This document shows, piece after piece, positions 1 through 9,350 of a stretch of 50,462 bases of DNA. A program made the position numbers and the translations under genes. Each line of letters starts with the position of its first letter. Position 1 is the stretch's first letter. Below the pieces are notes generated by a model. That model was not told where the DNA came from and did not search any database. It worked only from the letters and a program-made list of their open reading frames with translations. The DNA is from an uncultured Anaerolineaceae bacterium. Its GTDB lineage: Bacteria > Chloroflexota > Anaerolineae > JAAYZQ01. The stretch covers positions 1 to 50,462 of the forward strand of contig CAZNQW010000004.1 of the NCBI GenBank assembly GCA_964575225.1. Direction: 5' to 3'.

Positions 1-569
1 GCCAGGAAAAAGCGGCGGGGAATGGCCGTATAGTACAGCTTTTTGGTCGCGTGCGCTGATAGCCCGGCCCGGATCTGCTCGGGATAGCGGGGGGGATCAG
101 CAGCAGCGGCAAAGGCCTCCTTGGCCATGTGATGAATTGCCACGTGATCCGGGTGCCCATATCCGCCATTTTCGTCAAAGGTCACCAGCACATCCGGTCG
201 CTCGCGGCGGATGTGGGCAACGATCTGGCCCACCCCTTCCTCAAAATCGGCCATGGTCAGAGCTTGAGGGTGCTGGTTCTCCGGCGTCCCGGCCATTCCC
301 GAGTCCCGATACCCCAAAAAGTGGATCTCGTCGATCCCCAGCGCTTTTCCCGCGCACCAGAGTTCGGCCTCGCGCGCCTCGCCCAGGCGCTCAGGTATGG
401 CGAGGCCGGGATCGCTGATCTCGCCAGCCTCGCCCCTCGTCGCACACAACAGCACCACGCGGATGTCGGGCTCTGCGCCATAGCGGGCAAGCGTCCCCCC
501 AATGCCAAAAGACTCGTCATCGGGGTGGGCAAACACCGCCATCAACGTACGTTTATCGGATGTGCTCAT
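1..569 (-). CDS. PIG-L/LmbE-family de-N-acetylase (C-terminus runs off the window start)
   Basis: My own minus-strand translation from ATG at 569 gives MSTSDKRTLMAVFAHPDDESFGIGGTLARYG...DENGGYGHPDHVAIHH. It carries the AHPDDE and HPDH metal-site motifs of the PIG-L family. It is absent from the ORF track because it is open at the window edge. An alternative start at 542 avoids overlap with the upstream gene. Confidence 0.8.
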   Translation of the reverse strand, partial: MSTSDKRTLMAVFAHPDDESFGIGGTLARYGAEPDIRVVLLCATRGEAGEISDPGLAIPERLGEAREAELWCAGKALGIDEIHFLGYRDSGMAGTPENQHPQALTMADFEEGVGQIVAHIRRERPDVLVTFDENGGYGHPDHVAIHHMAKEAFAAAADPPRYPEQIRAGLSAHATKKLYYTAIPRRFFL

Positions 570-918
570 AAATCTGCAGGACGTTGCCGTTTAGATCTTC
601 AAAAGCAGCCAATTTCACGGCGCCGTAATCAAACACGCCGCTGATAAACTTGACGCCCCGGGTCTCCAACTCCTTGGCAGCCGCATCCAAGTCGTCGACC
701 TCAAAGACCAGTGTGGCCCCTTCGCCCACGCCCAACTCGGGTCGCCCCTTGGGGCCAGACCCAAAGCGGCGCAGGGCAATCGTGACGTTGCCACCATCCA
801 GCTCGACCCAGTCGTCCGATTGATACTTGACGGCCAGTCCCAGCTTGTCCCGGTAAAAGCTCACCGCGGCTTCCATATCGTCCACGTTAAAAAATACGTC
901 ATCCACTCTCTTGAACAT
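553..918 (-). CDS. VOC/glyoxalase-bleomycin resistance family protein
   Basis: 121 aa. The pattern FFNVDDMEAAVSFYRDKLGL...LVFEVDDLDAAAKELETRGVKF...FEDLNGNVLQI is the typical paired beta-alpha-beta-beta-beta VOC pattern. Confidence 0.75.
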   Translation of the reverse strand: MFKRVDDVFFNVDDMEAAVSFYRDKLGLAVKYQSDDWVELDGGNVTIALRRFGSGPKGRPELGVGEGATLVFEVDDLDAAAKELETRGVKFISGVFDYGAVKLAAFEDLNGNVLQIYEHIR

Positions 919-990
919 AGTGGCCCCTCCTGGTGAAAAAGATTTATATCATTATTATACAGGAAAACAGCAGAAGAAAAGTAGGACGCA

Positions 991-1944
991 TTACTTTTCC
1001 GTGCCCATCTCGCCCAGTTTCTGCCGAAAGCGAGCATCACGCTCCACGGTTAACTTCAACCCTTGATCCAGGCTGGTCTTGGGCTGCCAGTCCAAAAGTT
1101 CCAGGGCCAAGCTCACGTCGGCTACCAGGCGCGACACACCGCCGGGGCTGCCCAGATTGTGCAGGAGATTGGCCCGGCTGGTTGTAATGCGGAGAACCTT
1201 GGCCGCCAAATCGTTGATGCTGATTTCGGCACCGGAGCCGATGTTGATCACGGATCGATTTACACCGGTCGCCGTGGCGGCTGCGATCAAAGCGTCCACC
1301 ACATCGTCGATGTACACAAAATCGCGGGTCTGATCGCCATTCCCAAAAATGACCACCGAACCACCAGTTTGGGCCTGTTTCAGCAATTGGGGGATGACGG
1401 GCGGATAGCTGGGTGGCAACTCCTGGCCGGGGCCATAGGCATTGAATATCCGTAGAGAGACCGTCTCGATGCCATACAAGCCACCCAACGTCGAGACATA
1501 GTGTTCGGCGGCGAGTTTGCTCACCCCATAGGGTGAATCGGGACGGGCGGGTTGCTCCTCCCGGATGGGCTGCCGGGCCTGCTCGCCATACAGAGCCGCC
1601 GACGAGGCAAACACCACCCGACTGACTCCGGTATCGCGCACAGCTTCCATTAGCGCCACGGTACCGCCCACATTGACCAGGTTATAGTCACTGGGATAAT
1701 GGACCGACTCGGGAACTCGAACGCGGGCCGCGAGATGATAGACGCAATCCACACCCTGGAGCAGCGTCCAGAGTTTGGGAACGTCCCGCACATCCCCCCG
1801 ATTGAAAAGAACCTGGGGATCCAGTTGGCGGGGGTCGCCCCCTGTCAGATCGTCGAGGACCAGAACCGTGCGACCCTCAGCCACCAGGCGGTTGGCCAGG
1901 GCAGCGCCCAAAAATCCAGCTCCTCCTGTAATGAGAATGCGCAT
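991..1944 (-). CDS. NAD-dependent epimerase/dehydratase (extended SDR, UDP-sugar 4-epimerase-like)
   Basis: N-terminal Rossmann motif ILITGGAGFLGAAL and catalytic YxxxK (SPYGVSKLAAE). 317 aa. Confidence 0.85.
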   Translation of the reverse strand: MRILITGGAGFLGAALANRLVAEGRTVLVLDDLTGGDPRQLDPQVLFNRGDVRDVPKLWTLLQGVDCVYHLAARVRVPESVHYPSDYNLVNVGGTVALMEAVRDTGVSRVVFASSAALYGEQARQPIREEQPARPDSPYGVSKLAAEHYVSTLGGLYGIETVSLRIFNAYGPGQELPPSYPPVIPQLLKQAQTGGSVVIFGNGDQTRDFVYIDDVVDALIAAATATGVNRSVINIGSGAEISINDLAAKVLRITTSRANLLHNLGSPGGVSRLVADVSLALELLDWQPKTSLDQGLKLTVERDARFRQKLGEMGTEK

Positions 1945-1953
1945 AATACCATC

Positions 1954-2859
1954 CTATAAATCGGAAGGAGAATCAGGCCAGACGGGGACGTACATCTGCC
2001 ACTGCCCGGACCAGCGGCGGATGACCGGCTCGAGCCGATCCAGCAAAATCCGCATATTCACCCGTACCTCTTCGTCTCGGTCGCCTGTCCGCACCATTTC
2101 CAGGGGAGGGTCAATCGTCATCTGATACTCGCCCGCCTCGGGCGACCAGACACAATAGGCCTGCACGATCACAGCCCCCGTTTTGAGCGCCAACCGGATC
2201 GGCCCCGACGGCAGGCGGGCTGGACGGCCAAAGAACATCACCGGCTCGTCCAGATCGCTCACGGGCCGATCTACCGCAGTGGAGACGGTACCCCCTCTAC
2301 GCAACAACTGAATGGCCTGGCGCAGAGCCGCTGGACTGAGAGGCGTAACCATAACCCCAGAGGCCTCGCGTATTTCGTTCGTCAGTTGAAACCCCGGTGG
2401 TGGCTCGGGCAGCGAAAGCACCTGCGTTTCTGGCAGTAGAGGAGCGAGCGCCTGCCCCGCCAGGTCAAAATTGCCCAGATGGGGCATGACCAAAAGGCTG
2501 CCTTCCTCCCGATGCCACAGCGAGCGCAGGATCTCTAACCCGCTCTCCGAAAAGTGGATCAGGCCGGCCATCTGATCCCGCGGCAGTCTCAACGCACGAA
2601 AGAGATCATAGTAACCACGGATGGTCGTCGAAAACGCCTGCCGCACGATCTGATCGAGATCTTGTGCGTCGACCTCTGCACCGACAACCTGACGCAAGTT
2701 GGCCCGAACGACCCGAAAGACGCGGGGCCGCAACCGCACGAGCAGACCCGCGGCCTGCCACGATGCCCAATAGGTCATAGCCGGCGGAAAGATTCGACTG
2801 GCGACCATGCCCAGGCGGATCGCAGCGGCGCTGCCCGCCAGATCCTTGAAATCCTTCAT
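1954..2859 (-). CDS. Lysophospholipid/lipid A-type acyltransferase (LpxL/HtrB/PatA-like)
   Basis: 301 aa with the HX4D motif (MPHLGNFDLAG). It has a 4-nt overlap with the upstream CDP-alcohol phosphatidyltransferase gene. Confidence 0.7.
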   Translation of the reverse strand: MKDFKDLAGSAAAIRLGMVASRIFPPAMTYWASWQAAGLLVRLRPRVFRVVRANLRQVVGAEVDAQDLDQIVRQAFSTTIRGYYDLFRALRLPRDQMAGLIHFSESGLEILRSLWHREEGSLLVMPHLGNFDLAGQALAPLLPETQVLSLPEPPPGFQLTNEIREASGVMVTPLSPAALRQAIQLLRRGGTVSTAVDRPVSDLDEPVMFFGRPARLPSGPIRLALKTGAVIVQAYCVWSPEAGEYQMTIDPPLEMVRTGDRDEEVRVNMRILLDRLEPVIRRWSGQWQMYVPVWPDSPSDL

Positions 2860-3497
2860 TCCGCGTTATGCTGGGCGACCTTGGCATCGAGATCCTTGAG
2901 CAGCGTCCGGGCCTCGATCAACACCGGTGCTCCGCGGATCAAACACAGCGCAGCGGCGATCCAACTCAAGACCACCGCAATTCTCAGGATCGCCTCGGCC
3001 CACCCTTCTCTGGGCGTGTTGGCCCACAGTCCGCGCAGTCCCAGCGCTGCCGCCAGCATGCAAAAAGCTGCGGCTTTGGCCAGACCGTATAGCGAGCGCA
3101 TAAAGTTCGAGGCTACCAGCCGCCGCCCCCACTTGGTCTGCATCATGCCAAAGGAGGTCTCGCCCCAAATGAGGCTAAAGCCCCGAATGGTGTCTACCAA
3201 CCCGCCCCGGATGAGCACGATGATCGGGATGGCCACCGAGATCAGTCCCAGATTGGAATAGACCACCCACATGACATACTCGACAATCCGGTCTACGGCA
3301 ATGTCGAGCTTGCTGCCCAGCATGCCCACTTCGTGCCTGCGCCGGGCCACAATACCATCCAGGCTGTCCATTAGGATCAGAATCAACACCAGGATGGCTG
3401 TGCCTGCCTGAACCACCGGGCTGCCCAAATAGAGCAACAGAGTCACTACGATGAGTAACGGGAGTCGTGCTAGAGTAATCGCGTTCGCCATTGTCAC
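2856..3497 (-). CDS. CDP-alcohol phosphatidyltransferase (PgsA/PIP-synthase-like)
   Basis: 213 aa polytopic protein. The signature DSLDGIVARRRHEVGMLGSKLDIAVDR matches D-x2-DG-x2-AR-x8-G-x3-D-x3-D. Confidence 0.85.
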   Translation of the reverse strand: MTMANAITLARLPLLIVVTLLLYLGSPVVQAGTAILVLILILMDSLDGIVARRRHEVGMLGSKLDIAVDRIVEYVMWVVYSNLGLISVAIPIIVLIRGGLVDTIRGFSLIWGETSFGMMQTKWGRRLVASNFMRSLYGLAKAAAFCMLAAALGLRGLWANTPREGWAEAILRIAVVLSWIAAALCLIRGAPVLIEARTLLKDLDAKVAQHNAE

Positions 3498-3583
3498 TTC
3501 TCGAATTTCGTTCTGGGGTCTAGTATAGCATCGCTGCTCATTTTTGCCAAACTGCGGCCCAATAGCTGTGATCCAACTATCGA

Positions 3584-4306
3584 TTACGCCTTTTTGCGAT
3601 GGGCCAGCCGCTCAATCCAGTCCAGTACCGCCTCTTGCCAGGGCGTTCCCCACCGCCAGAGAATCACCCCCAAAAGAGCGAGGCCGACCAAGAGGGAGAC
3701 CCACACGACGGGGCTCAGCCGTGCCGCATGGGCCCCCACCCACACCGATACCAACACACCGGGCCAGCGGCCCGCCAACATCAGGAAAAAGAACCGACGG
3801 GGCCTCATGGCCGTCAGGCCGGCCGCCACACAAGCCAGATCGTCGGGCACAAAGGGCAGGAGCCAGATCAGGAAAAAGAACAGCGTCCCTCCCCGACGCA
3901 CCAGATCGTCCAGGCGCTCGGCCGAGGGCGCACCCAGCCATCGGACCACCAGCGGCCGTCCGTACCGACGGGCCAGCAAGAAAGAGATCCACGAGCCAAG
4001 GGCAACGCCGATCAGAGCATAGAGCGTGCCCAGTGGGACCCCATAGAGATAGCCGCTGACAGCCCCAATGGCCTGACCGGGGATGGGCGCCAGCAAGGAT
4101 TGAGCCGCTTCCAACAGGACAATCGCCAGCGGGCCCGCGGCCCCGAAGTCGGCCACCCAGTCCCGAATCCGATCGGGAGCGGCCACAAACTCGTAGAGGG
4201 GGCGCCACTCCACGACCAAGACAACCAGGGCTACGACCAGGAGCAACCCAACGGCCACCCAGCCCCAAGCGTGAGGCGGTTTGGTCCGATCAGACAAGAT
4301 CCGCAC
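3584..4306 (-). CDS. TVP38/TMEM64 (DedA-related, VTT domain) membrane protein
   Basis: 240 aa with multiple TM segments. The pattern LLAPIPGQAIGAVSGYLYG...LLARRYGRPLV...LLPFVPDDLACVAAGLT is typical of the family. Confidence 0.75.
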   Translation of the reverse strand: MRILSDRTKPPHAWGWVAVGLLLVVALVVLVVEWRPLYEFVAAPDRIRDWVADFGAAGPLAIVLLEAAQSLLAPIPGQAIGAVSGYLYGVPLGTLYALIGVALGSWISFLLARRYGRPLVVRWLGAPSAERLDDLVRRGGTLFFFLIWLLPFVPDDLACVAAGLTAMRPRRFFFLMLAGRWPGVLVSVWVGAHAARLSPVVWVSLLVGLALLGVILWRWGTPWQEAVLDWIERLAHRKKA

Positions 4307-5237
4307 CTTGTGGCCGGCTTGGGCACACAGGATCCGGCTTGGGCAACGGCAGCTCGGCCGTCAATTGATAGTAGCTTCCGAGCGATCGATACCCCGTACA
4401 CAACAGCTCTGTCCGCAGGCGCCCGTTGCTGTGGGGCACCATGGCCCCGATCTCATCGGCTCCCCTTTGTTGGGCATGGCGCGTGACCTCTTGCACCAGC
4501 GCCTGGCGCACTAGACGATCCGAGGCGGTCAGCTCCTCGATCCAAAAACCGCGATACAACAACGTCTCTACCCCTACCAACTCGGCATAGCCGACCGGCC
4601 GGCCATCCCGCTCTGCCAGGAATACAGTGGGGAATGTAGGGCCGCCGGGCAGTGCGATGGATCCCTGGGTCCCTCGCGGCTGTCCATCCCCCTCGCTCTG
4701 AACGTCTAGTCGCCCGCCCAGCCAAAGGGCTAGATCCTCGCCTCCGGTCGCTATCCGAATCAAAATGTCTGCAGCCGGCCGGAATGAGGGTGCCTGATCC
4801 TCTGTGCGAAAGATGAGCAACTCGAACAGCTCCGGCGCCTGGTGAAATCCGGCCCGGCAAAAGGCCCGAGCCGAGGCAGTGTTGTCGTCAGCAGCAAAGG
4901 CCCTGGTCCAACGCGCCTGGGTCGCGCCGGTCTCAGCCGCGGCCTGGATCATCCTCGTGGCCAGTCTCCGGCCCCGCCAGGCAGGCAGTACAGCCAAGAG
5001 GTCGATTTCCCACCAAGGGCGGTGCAGCCCTTCGGTGAGAAACGAGATCACAAACCCGACCACCCTCTGGCTGTCCACTGCCAACCAGGCGTGCTGACGC
5101 CCGTTGGCCAGCAGCGCTTGTACCTGGCCGGCATCGTAGGGAGATTCGGCAAAGGTGGCCATCTCCACAGCCAGAATGCCTTCCGCATCGGCCCGGGTGT
5201 TTCGAAAAGGTCGGATGCGGACGTTTTCTTTGTCCAT
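4290..5237 (-). CDS. Two-domain GNAT N-acetyltransferase
   Basis: 315 aa. The first GNAT core is VVGFVISF...LAVLPAWRGRRLATRMIQ. The second GNAT-like half is RPVGYAELV...ALVQEVTRHAQQRGADEI. Confidence 0.65.
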   Translation of the reverse strand: MDKENVRIRPFRNTRADAEGILAVEMATFAESPYDAGQVQALLANGRQHAWLAVDSQRVVGFVISFLTEGLHRPWWEIDLLAVLPAWRGRRLATRMIQAAAETGATQARWTRAFAADDNTASARAFCRAGFHQAPELFELLIFRTEDQAPSFRPAADILIRIATGGEDLALWLGGRLDVQSEGDGQPRGTQGSIALPGGPTFPTVFLAERDGRPVGYAELVGVETLLYRGFWIEELTASDRLVRQALVQEVTRHAQQRGADEIGAMVPHSNGRLRTELLCTGYRSLGSYYQLTAELPLPKPDPVCPSRPQGADLV

Positions 5238-5397
5238 GATGGAGCCTCCATCCTGAAGCCACTATACCAGCAAAATGTCGCAGCGTCAAGGACGTTTGCC
5301 AGCTATCCCTGAAGATGGTACAATGGGCCAATCTGCTCGCCGGACAGGTTCATCCACTGGGCCACGTGCCAAGGCCCAGAGTCCTGATCCATTTGGA

Positions 5398-6960
5398 ATG
5401 GAGAAAATCGTGAAAGCCAAACACATCTTGCTGCTCATCATGGTCTTTGTGGGGGGCATGTCCACCATGGGCGTCGAAATGGCGGCCTCACGCTTGCTCG
5501 ATCCCTTTTTCGGAAATTCTCTCATCATCTGGGCCGTACTCATCGGCATGGTGCTGCTCTATCTGACAGTGGGCTATTACCTGGGCGGCAAGTGGGCCGA
5601 CCGCCAGCCCTACTACCGGGTGCTGTACCAGATCACGGCCTGGGCGGCTTTTCTCATCGGTCTGGTGCCCATCATCTCGCGACCCGTCTTGTTGTGGTCA
5701 GTCCAAGGCTTTGCCCAATACAGCGCCGGCATCCTGGCGGGCTCGCTTCTGGGAGTGGTTGCCCTGTTCAGCATCCCGATCACCCTGCTGGGGTTCGTCT
5801 CGCCCTTTGCCATTCGCCTGTCGATGCAGGGCGAACAGGTCGAAAAATCGGGTAAAATTGCCGGCAGCCTGTATGCACTGTCGACCGTGGGCAGCCTTCT
5901 GGGCACCTTTCTGCCGGTGCTGCTGCTGATCCCCAACATTGGCACCCGCAACACCTTCTTTACTTTCTCCTTTGTGCTGCTGGCGGTGTCGTTGGTGGGC
6001 CTGTGGTGGGAACTCAAGGCGCGCGCGTTGCCCTATCTGCTGATGCCCATCGTGCTCGTCATCCTGATGATTGCCATGCCCAGCGGTGTCATCAAACCCA
6101 TCACCTATGGCACTCTGCTCCACGAGACCGAATCGGCTCACAACTATATCCAGGTGGTAGAGTACAACGGGGAGATTTGGCTAAAACTCAACGAGGGTGA
6201 GGGAATCCATTCGATCTACGACCCCGATTCTGTCCTGGTGGGCGGCATCTGGGATTATTTCCTCATCGCGCCCTTTTTCAACAACCCGCCCTTTACCGCC
6301 GACCAGGTCGGCAGCCTGGCCCTGATCGGTTCGGCAGCCGGCACGGTGGCCAAGCAGTATACAGAGGTGTATGGCCCCATCCCCATCGACGGCGCTGAAC
6401 TCGACGCCGAAATATTGCAGGTGGGTCGCGACTATTTCGACATGACCGAGCCCAACTTTAACGCCGTCGCCCAGGATGGCCGCTACTTTTTGACCAATAG
6501 CCCCAAGACCTACGATGTAGTGGCCATCGACGCCTACCGCCCACCCTACATTCCCTTTCACCTGACCACCCGCGAGTTCTTTGCCAACGTCCGCGCCCAC
6601 CTGACCGACCACGGCGTGGTTGCCATCAACGTCGGCCGCACCGAGACCGACTGGAGTCTGGTCGAGGTTTTGGCCAGCACCCTCAAAGCCGAATTCCCCA
6701 ACGTCTACCTGGTCGACCTGGCCCATCCGGGCCAGGACCTCAGCAATGTGCTCGTCGTAGCGACCAAACAGCCCACCCAAGCCGAAAACCTGGAACTCAA
6801 CGCCGCCCAATTGACCCATCCCCTGTTGCAGCAAGTAGCCGGCGCCTCCGTCCCCCGCATGACCGAATTCACCGAGCCGACCATGGTCTTTACCGACGAC
6901 AAGGCCCCGGTAGAGCAGGTGGTCCACGGCCTGATTCTGAGTTTTGTGACCGGTCAATAG
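5398..6960 (+). CDS. Membrane-anchored spermidine synthase-like protein (fused polytopic N-domain plus class I methyltransferase-fold aminopropyltransferase domain)
   Basis: The maximal ORF is 5275-6960. About 7 TM helices are followed by LALIGSAAGTVAKQY...VVAIDAYRPPYIPFHLTTREFF, which is spermidine synthase-like. The start at MEKIV (5398) is my best guess; 5323 is also possible. Confidence 0.7.
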   Translation: MEKIVKAKHILLLIMVFVGGMSTMGVEMAASRLLDPFFGNSLIIWAVLIGMVLLYLTVGYYLGGKWADRQPYYRVLYQITAWAAFLIGLVPIISRPVLLWSVQGFAQYSAGILAGSLLGVVALFSIPITLLGFVSPFAIRLSMQGEQVEKSGKIAGSLYALSTVGSLLGTFLPVLLLIPNIGTRNTFFTFSFVLLAVSLVGLWWELKARALPYLLMPIVLVILMIAMPSGVIKPITYGTLLHETESAHNYIQVVEYNGEIWLKLNEGEGIHSIYDPDSVLVGGIWDYFLIAPFFNNPPFTADQVGSLALIGSAAGTVAKQYTEVYGPIPIDGAELDAEILQVGRDYFDMTEPNFNAVAQDGRYFLTNSPKTYDVVAIDAYRPPYIPFHLTTREFFANVRAHLTDHGVVAINVGRTETDWSLVEVLASTLKAEFPNVYLVDLAHPGQDLSNVLVVATKQPTQAENLELNAAQLTHPLLQQVAGASVPRMTEFTEPTMVFTDDKAPVEQVVHGLILSFVTGQ

Positions 6961-7062
6961 AAAAACCTGCCCGATCCCGTGGGACCGGACAGGTCATACT
7001 CTGCCCCTATTTTAAAAGCCCGATTCGGCGCCGATTCCCTGGCGATGGCTCAGAGGCGTCCT

Positions 7063-9297
7063 CTAGTCCAAGGCCGGTGACCGGCCCGACAGAAAGGCGA
7101 TCCGGGTGTGCCAGCGGGCCGTTTGTCCGGCGAGTTGTCGCTCGTACAGCGCCCGAATCTGGGCCAGTTCCTCTTCCGAGATGCACCGGCGCAGGTACTG
7201 CCCATACGAGGGCCGCGCCCGCCCGTCCTCCTGGCCGAACCAGCGCTGCAGCGTATCCGCCGTGATCAGCACCTCCGCCTCTTGCACCTGCACCCCGCAC
7301 CGGGCCTCCTCAAAACCGACCCCCTCCAGCGCCCGTTGGAGGTCGTCTGCGGTCCAGTTGACCAGGGGATCGTCGGCAGCTGCATAGATCGCCTCCTCGG
7401 CCTCGACCACTCGCCGGCCGAGATCCGACTCCAATGCCGAAAGGTCCACCAACTGGTGCAGGCGCTGAGCGTGTTGAAGCACCGTTTCTGCCAGGCTCAG
7501 GCGCCCATTGGGCCGAAGCCAGCCTCGAATCTGCTGCAACAGCGCCCCCTTGTCGGGATGGGGGGCCAGAGCATTACGGCCCACCACGGCATCAAAGACC
7601 ATGCCCCCTTCGCCACGCAAGGCCAGCAGTTCCGGCAGCTCGGCAGGATCTCCCACCAACACCACGGGTCTTTCCAACTCGGGCAGGCGCTCGGCCTGTT
7701 GCCGCAGGCCCTCGCCATCCTGCCGATCTTGCGCCAGAACCCAGACGCCACCCTCGGGAACGCGCCGGAGGATCTCCCAGGTGAGCAACCCACTGCCGGC
7801 ATTGAGATCGAGCACGACATGGTGCCGTTGCAGGGAAGCAGCATCGAGCACCCGGTCGCGGACCTTGCCCAGTCGCTCGCCCGCATTGCCAATGGTTCGC
7901 TGCAACCAACGTTCTTGGGCCCGCTCGCCGGGCGTATAGGTCAGGATCTCACCCTGGCTTGTCCCCTCGACCATCGCCGCCAGTTGAGCCTCGCGGCGGC
8001 GGGCCACCTGCTCGCCGATATCCCGCTCGTAGCCCTGGTCGCTGGGCTCGTAAAAAGCGCGTCCCTGCAACCCCTCGGGCAGGTACTGCTGGGCCACCCA
8101 GTGGTCGCGGTAGGCGTGGGGATAGAGATAGCCCTGGCCGTGGCCAAAGCCTTCGCTGTCTCGGTTGGCGTCGCGCAGATGGGTGGGTACCTCCCCCTCT
8201 CGTTCCTTTTCGACCAGAGAGAGGGCATCGAAAAAGGCCAACGTCGAGTTGGATTTGGGCGCCGTCGCCAGATAGAGGGTGGCCTCCGCCAGGTGAAAGC
8301 GGCCTTCAGGCAAGCCCACCCGATCAAAGGTATCGGCGCAGGCCGCCACCACCCGAATCGCGTTGGGATCGGCCAGGCCCACGTCCTCGCCGGCAAAGAT
8401 CAACATGCGGCGAAAGAGAAAGCGGGGATCCTCGCCGGCGTACACCATCTTGGCCAACCAATAGAGGGCGGCATCGGGATCGGAGCCACGCAGCGATTTG
8501 ATGAACGCGCTGATGGTGTCATAGTGATAGTCGCCATCCTTGTCGTACAGGACGGCCCGGCGCTGAATGCTCTCCTCAGCCACTCCCATATCCACGGTGA
8601 TGATCCCCTGCTCGCCGGGAGGGGTGGTCTCCACCGCCAGTTCCAGGGCGTTCAGCACCCCCCGGGCGTCGCCATTGGCCACATCTACCAGGTGCTCCAG
8701 CGCATCCTGATGCAGATCGACCTTGAGCTTGCCATACCCCCGTTCCAGATCGGCCAGGGCGTGGCGGGCCACCGCATACAGGTCTTGGGCTTCCAGCGAG
8801 CGGAACTGAAAGATGCGGCTACGGCTGACCAGAGGCCGGTTCACGCTAAAGTAGGGGTTCTCGGTGGTGGCTCCGATCAGGATCACCGTCCCATTTTCCA
8901 CCCAGGGCAAGAGCGCGTCCTGCTGCGCTTTGTTCCAGCGGTGGACTTCGTCCACAAAGAGGATGGTCCGCTGGTTGTGCAAGGCCCGGCGCTCCTGGGC
9001 CTCGTGGGTCACACGGCGGATATCGGCCACGCCGGCCAGCACGGCATTGAGCGTCTCGAAATGGCTGCGAGTCGTGTTGGCGATGACGGCTGCCAGCGTG
9101 GTCTTGCCTGTGCCGGGCGGCCCGTAAAAGATGACGGACGAGAGCTGATCGGCCTGGATGGCCCGGCGCAGCAACCGCCCCGGCCCGACGATATGCTCCT
9201 GGCCGACAAACTCGTCCAGCGTCCGCGGGCGCATGCGGGCCGCCAACGGCGCCTCGCGTTCGATCTGCTCTTTCCGGGCGTGGTCAAAAAGGTCCAT
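7063..9297 (-). CDS. rarA: Replication-associated recombination protein A (RarA/MgsA AAA+ ATPase) with a ~300-aa C-terminal SAM-methyltransferase-like extension
   Basis: The protein starts MDLFDH...RMRPRTLDEFVGQEHIVGPG. Walker A is GPPGTGKTT and Walker B is ILFVDEVHR. The MgsA C-terminal region ends around YLPEGLQGRAFYEPSDQGYE. The extension carries VVLDLNAGSGLL (motif I). The ORF-track start at 9378 lies inside the MITE and is rejected. Confidence 0.85.
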   Translation of the reverse strand: MDLFDHARKEQIEREAPLAARMRPRTLDEFVGQEHIVGPGRLLRRAIQADQLSSVIFYGPPGTGKTTLAAVIANTTRSHFETLNAVLAGVADIRRVTHEAQERRALHNQRTILFVDEVHRWNKAQQDALLPWVENGTVILIGATTENPYFSVNRPLVSRSRIFQFRSLEAQDLYAVARHALADLERGYGKLKVDLHQDALEHLVDVANGDARGVLNALELAVETTPPGEQGIITVDMGVAEESIQRRAVLYDKDGDYHYDTISAFIKSLRGSDPDAALYWLAKMVYAGEDPRFLFRRMLIFAGEDVGLADPNAIRVVAACADTFDRVGLPEGRFHLAEATLYLATAPKSNSTLAFFDALSLVEKEREGEVPTHLRDANRDSEGFGHGQGYLYPHAYRDHWVAQQYLPEGLQGRAFYEPSDQGYERDIGEQVARRREAQLAAMVEGTSQGEILTYTPGERAQERWLQRTIGNAGERLGKVRDRVLDAASLQRHHVVLDLNAGSGLLTWEILRRVPEGGVWVLAQDRQDGEGLRQQAERLPELERPVVLVGDPAELPELLALRGEGGMVFDAVVGRNALAPHPDKGALLQQIRGWLRPNGRLSLAETVLQHAQRLHQLVDLSALESDLGRRVVEAEEAIYAAADDPLVNWTADDLQRALEGVGFEEARCGVQVQEAEVLITADTLQRWFGQEDGRARPSYGQYLRRCISEEELAQIRALYERQLAGQTARWHTRIAFLSGRSPALD

Positions 9298-9350
9298 AGA
9301 GCTATTGTACCGAAAATGAGCCAGAATACAAGTCCATAGCCGCGTCGATC

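Noticed and set aside
7108-9339. A 743-aa ORF lies antisense to rarA. Similar long antisense or overlapping ORFs occur at 3599-4486, 10039-10971, 15948-17213, 25690-26799, 28817-29827, 34469-35371, 35429-36577, 38338-39612 and 41232-42215.
   Set aside because: Their composition is P/R/G/A/Q-rich and low-complexity, with no recognisable motifs. Each lies fully inside a well-supported gene on the other strand. Stop-codon-poor alternative frames are typical of high-GC DNA.
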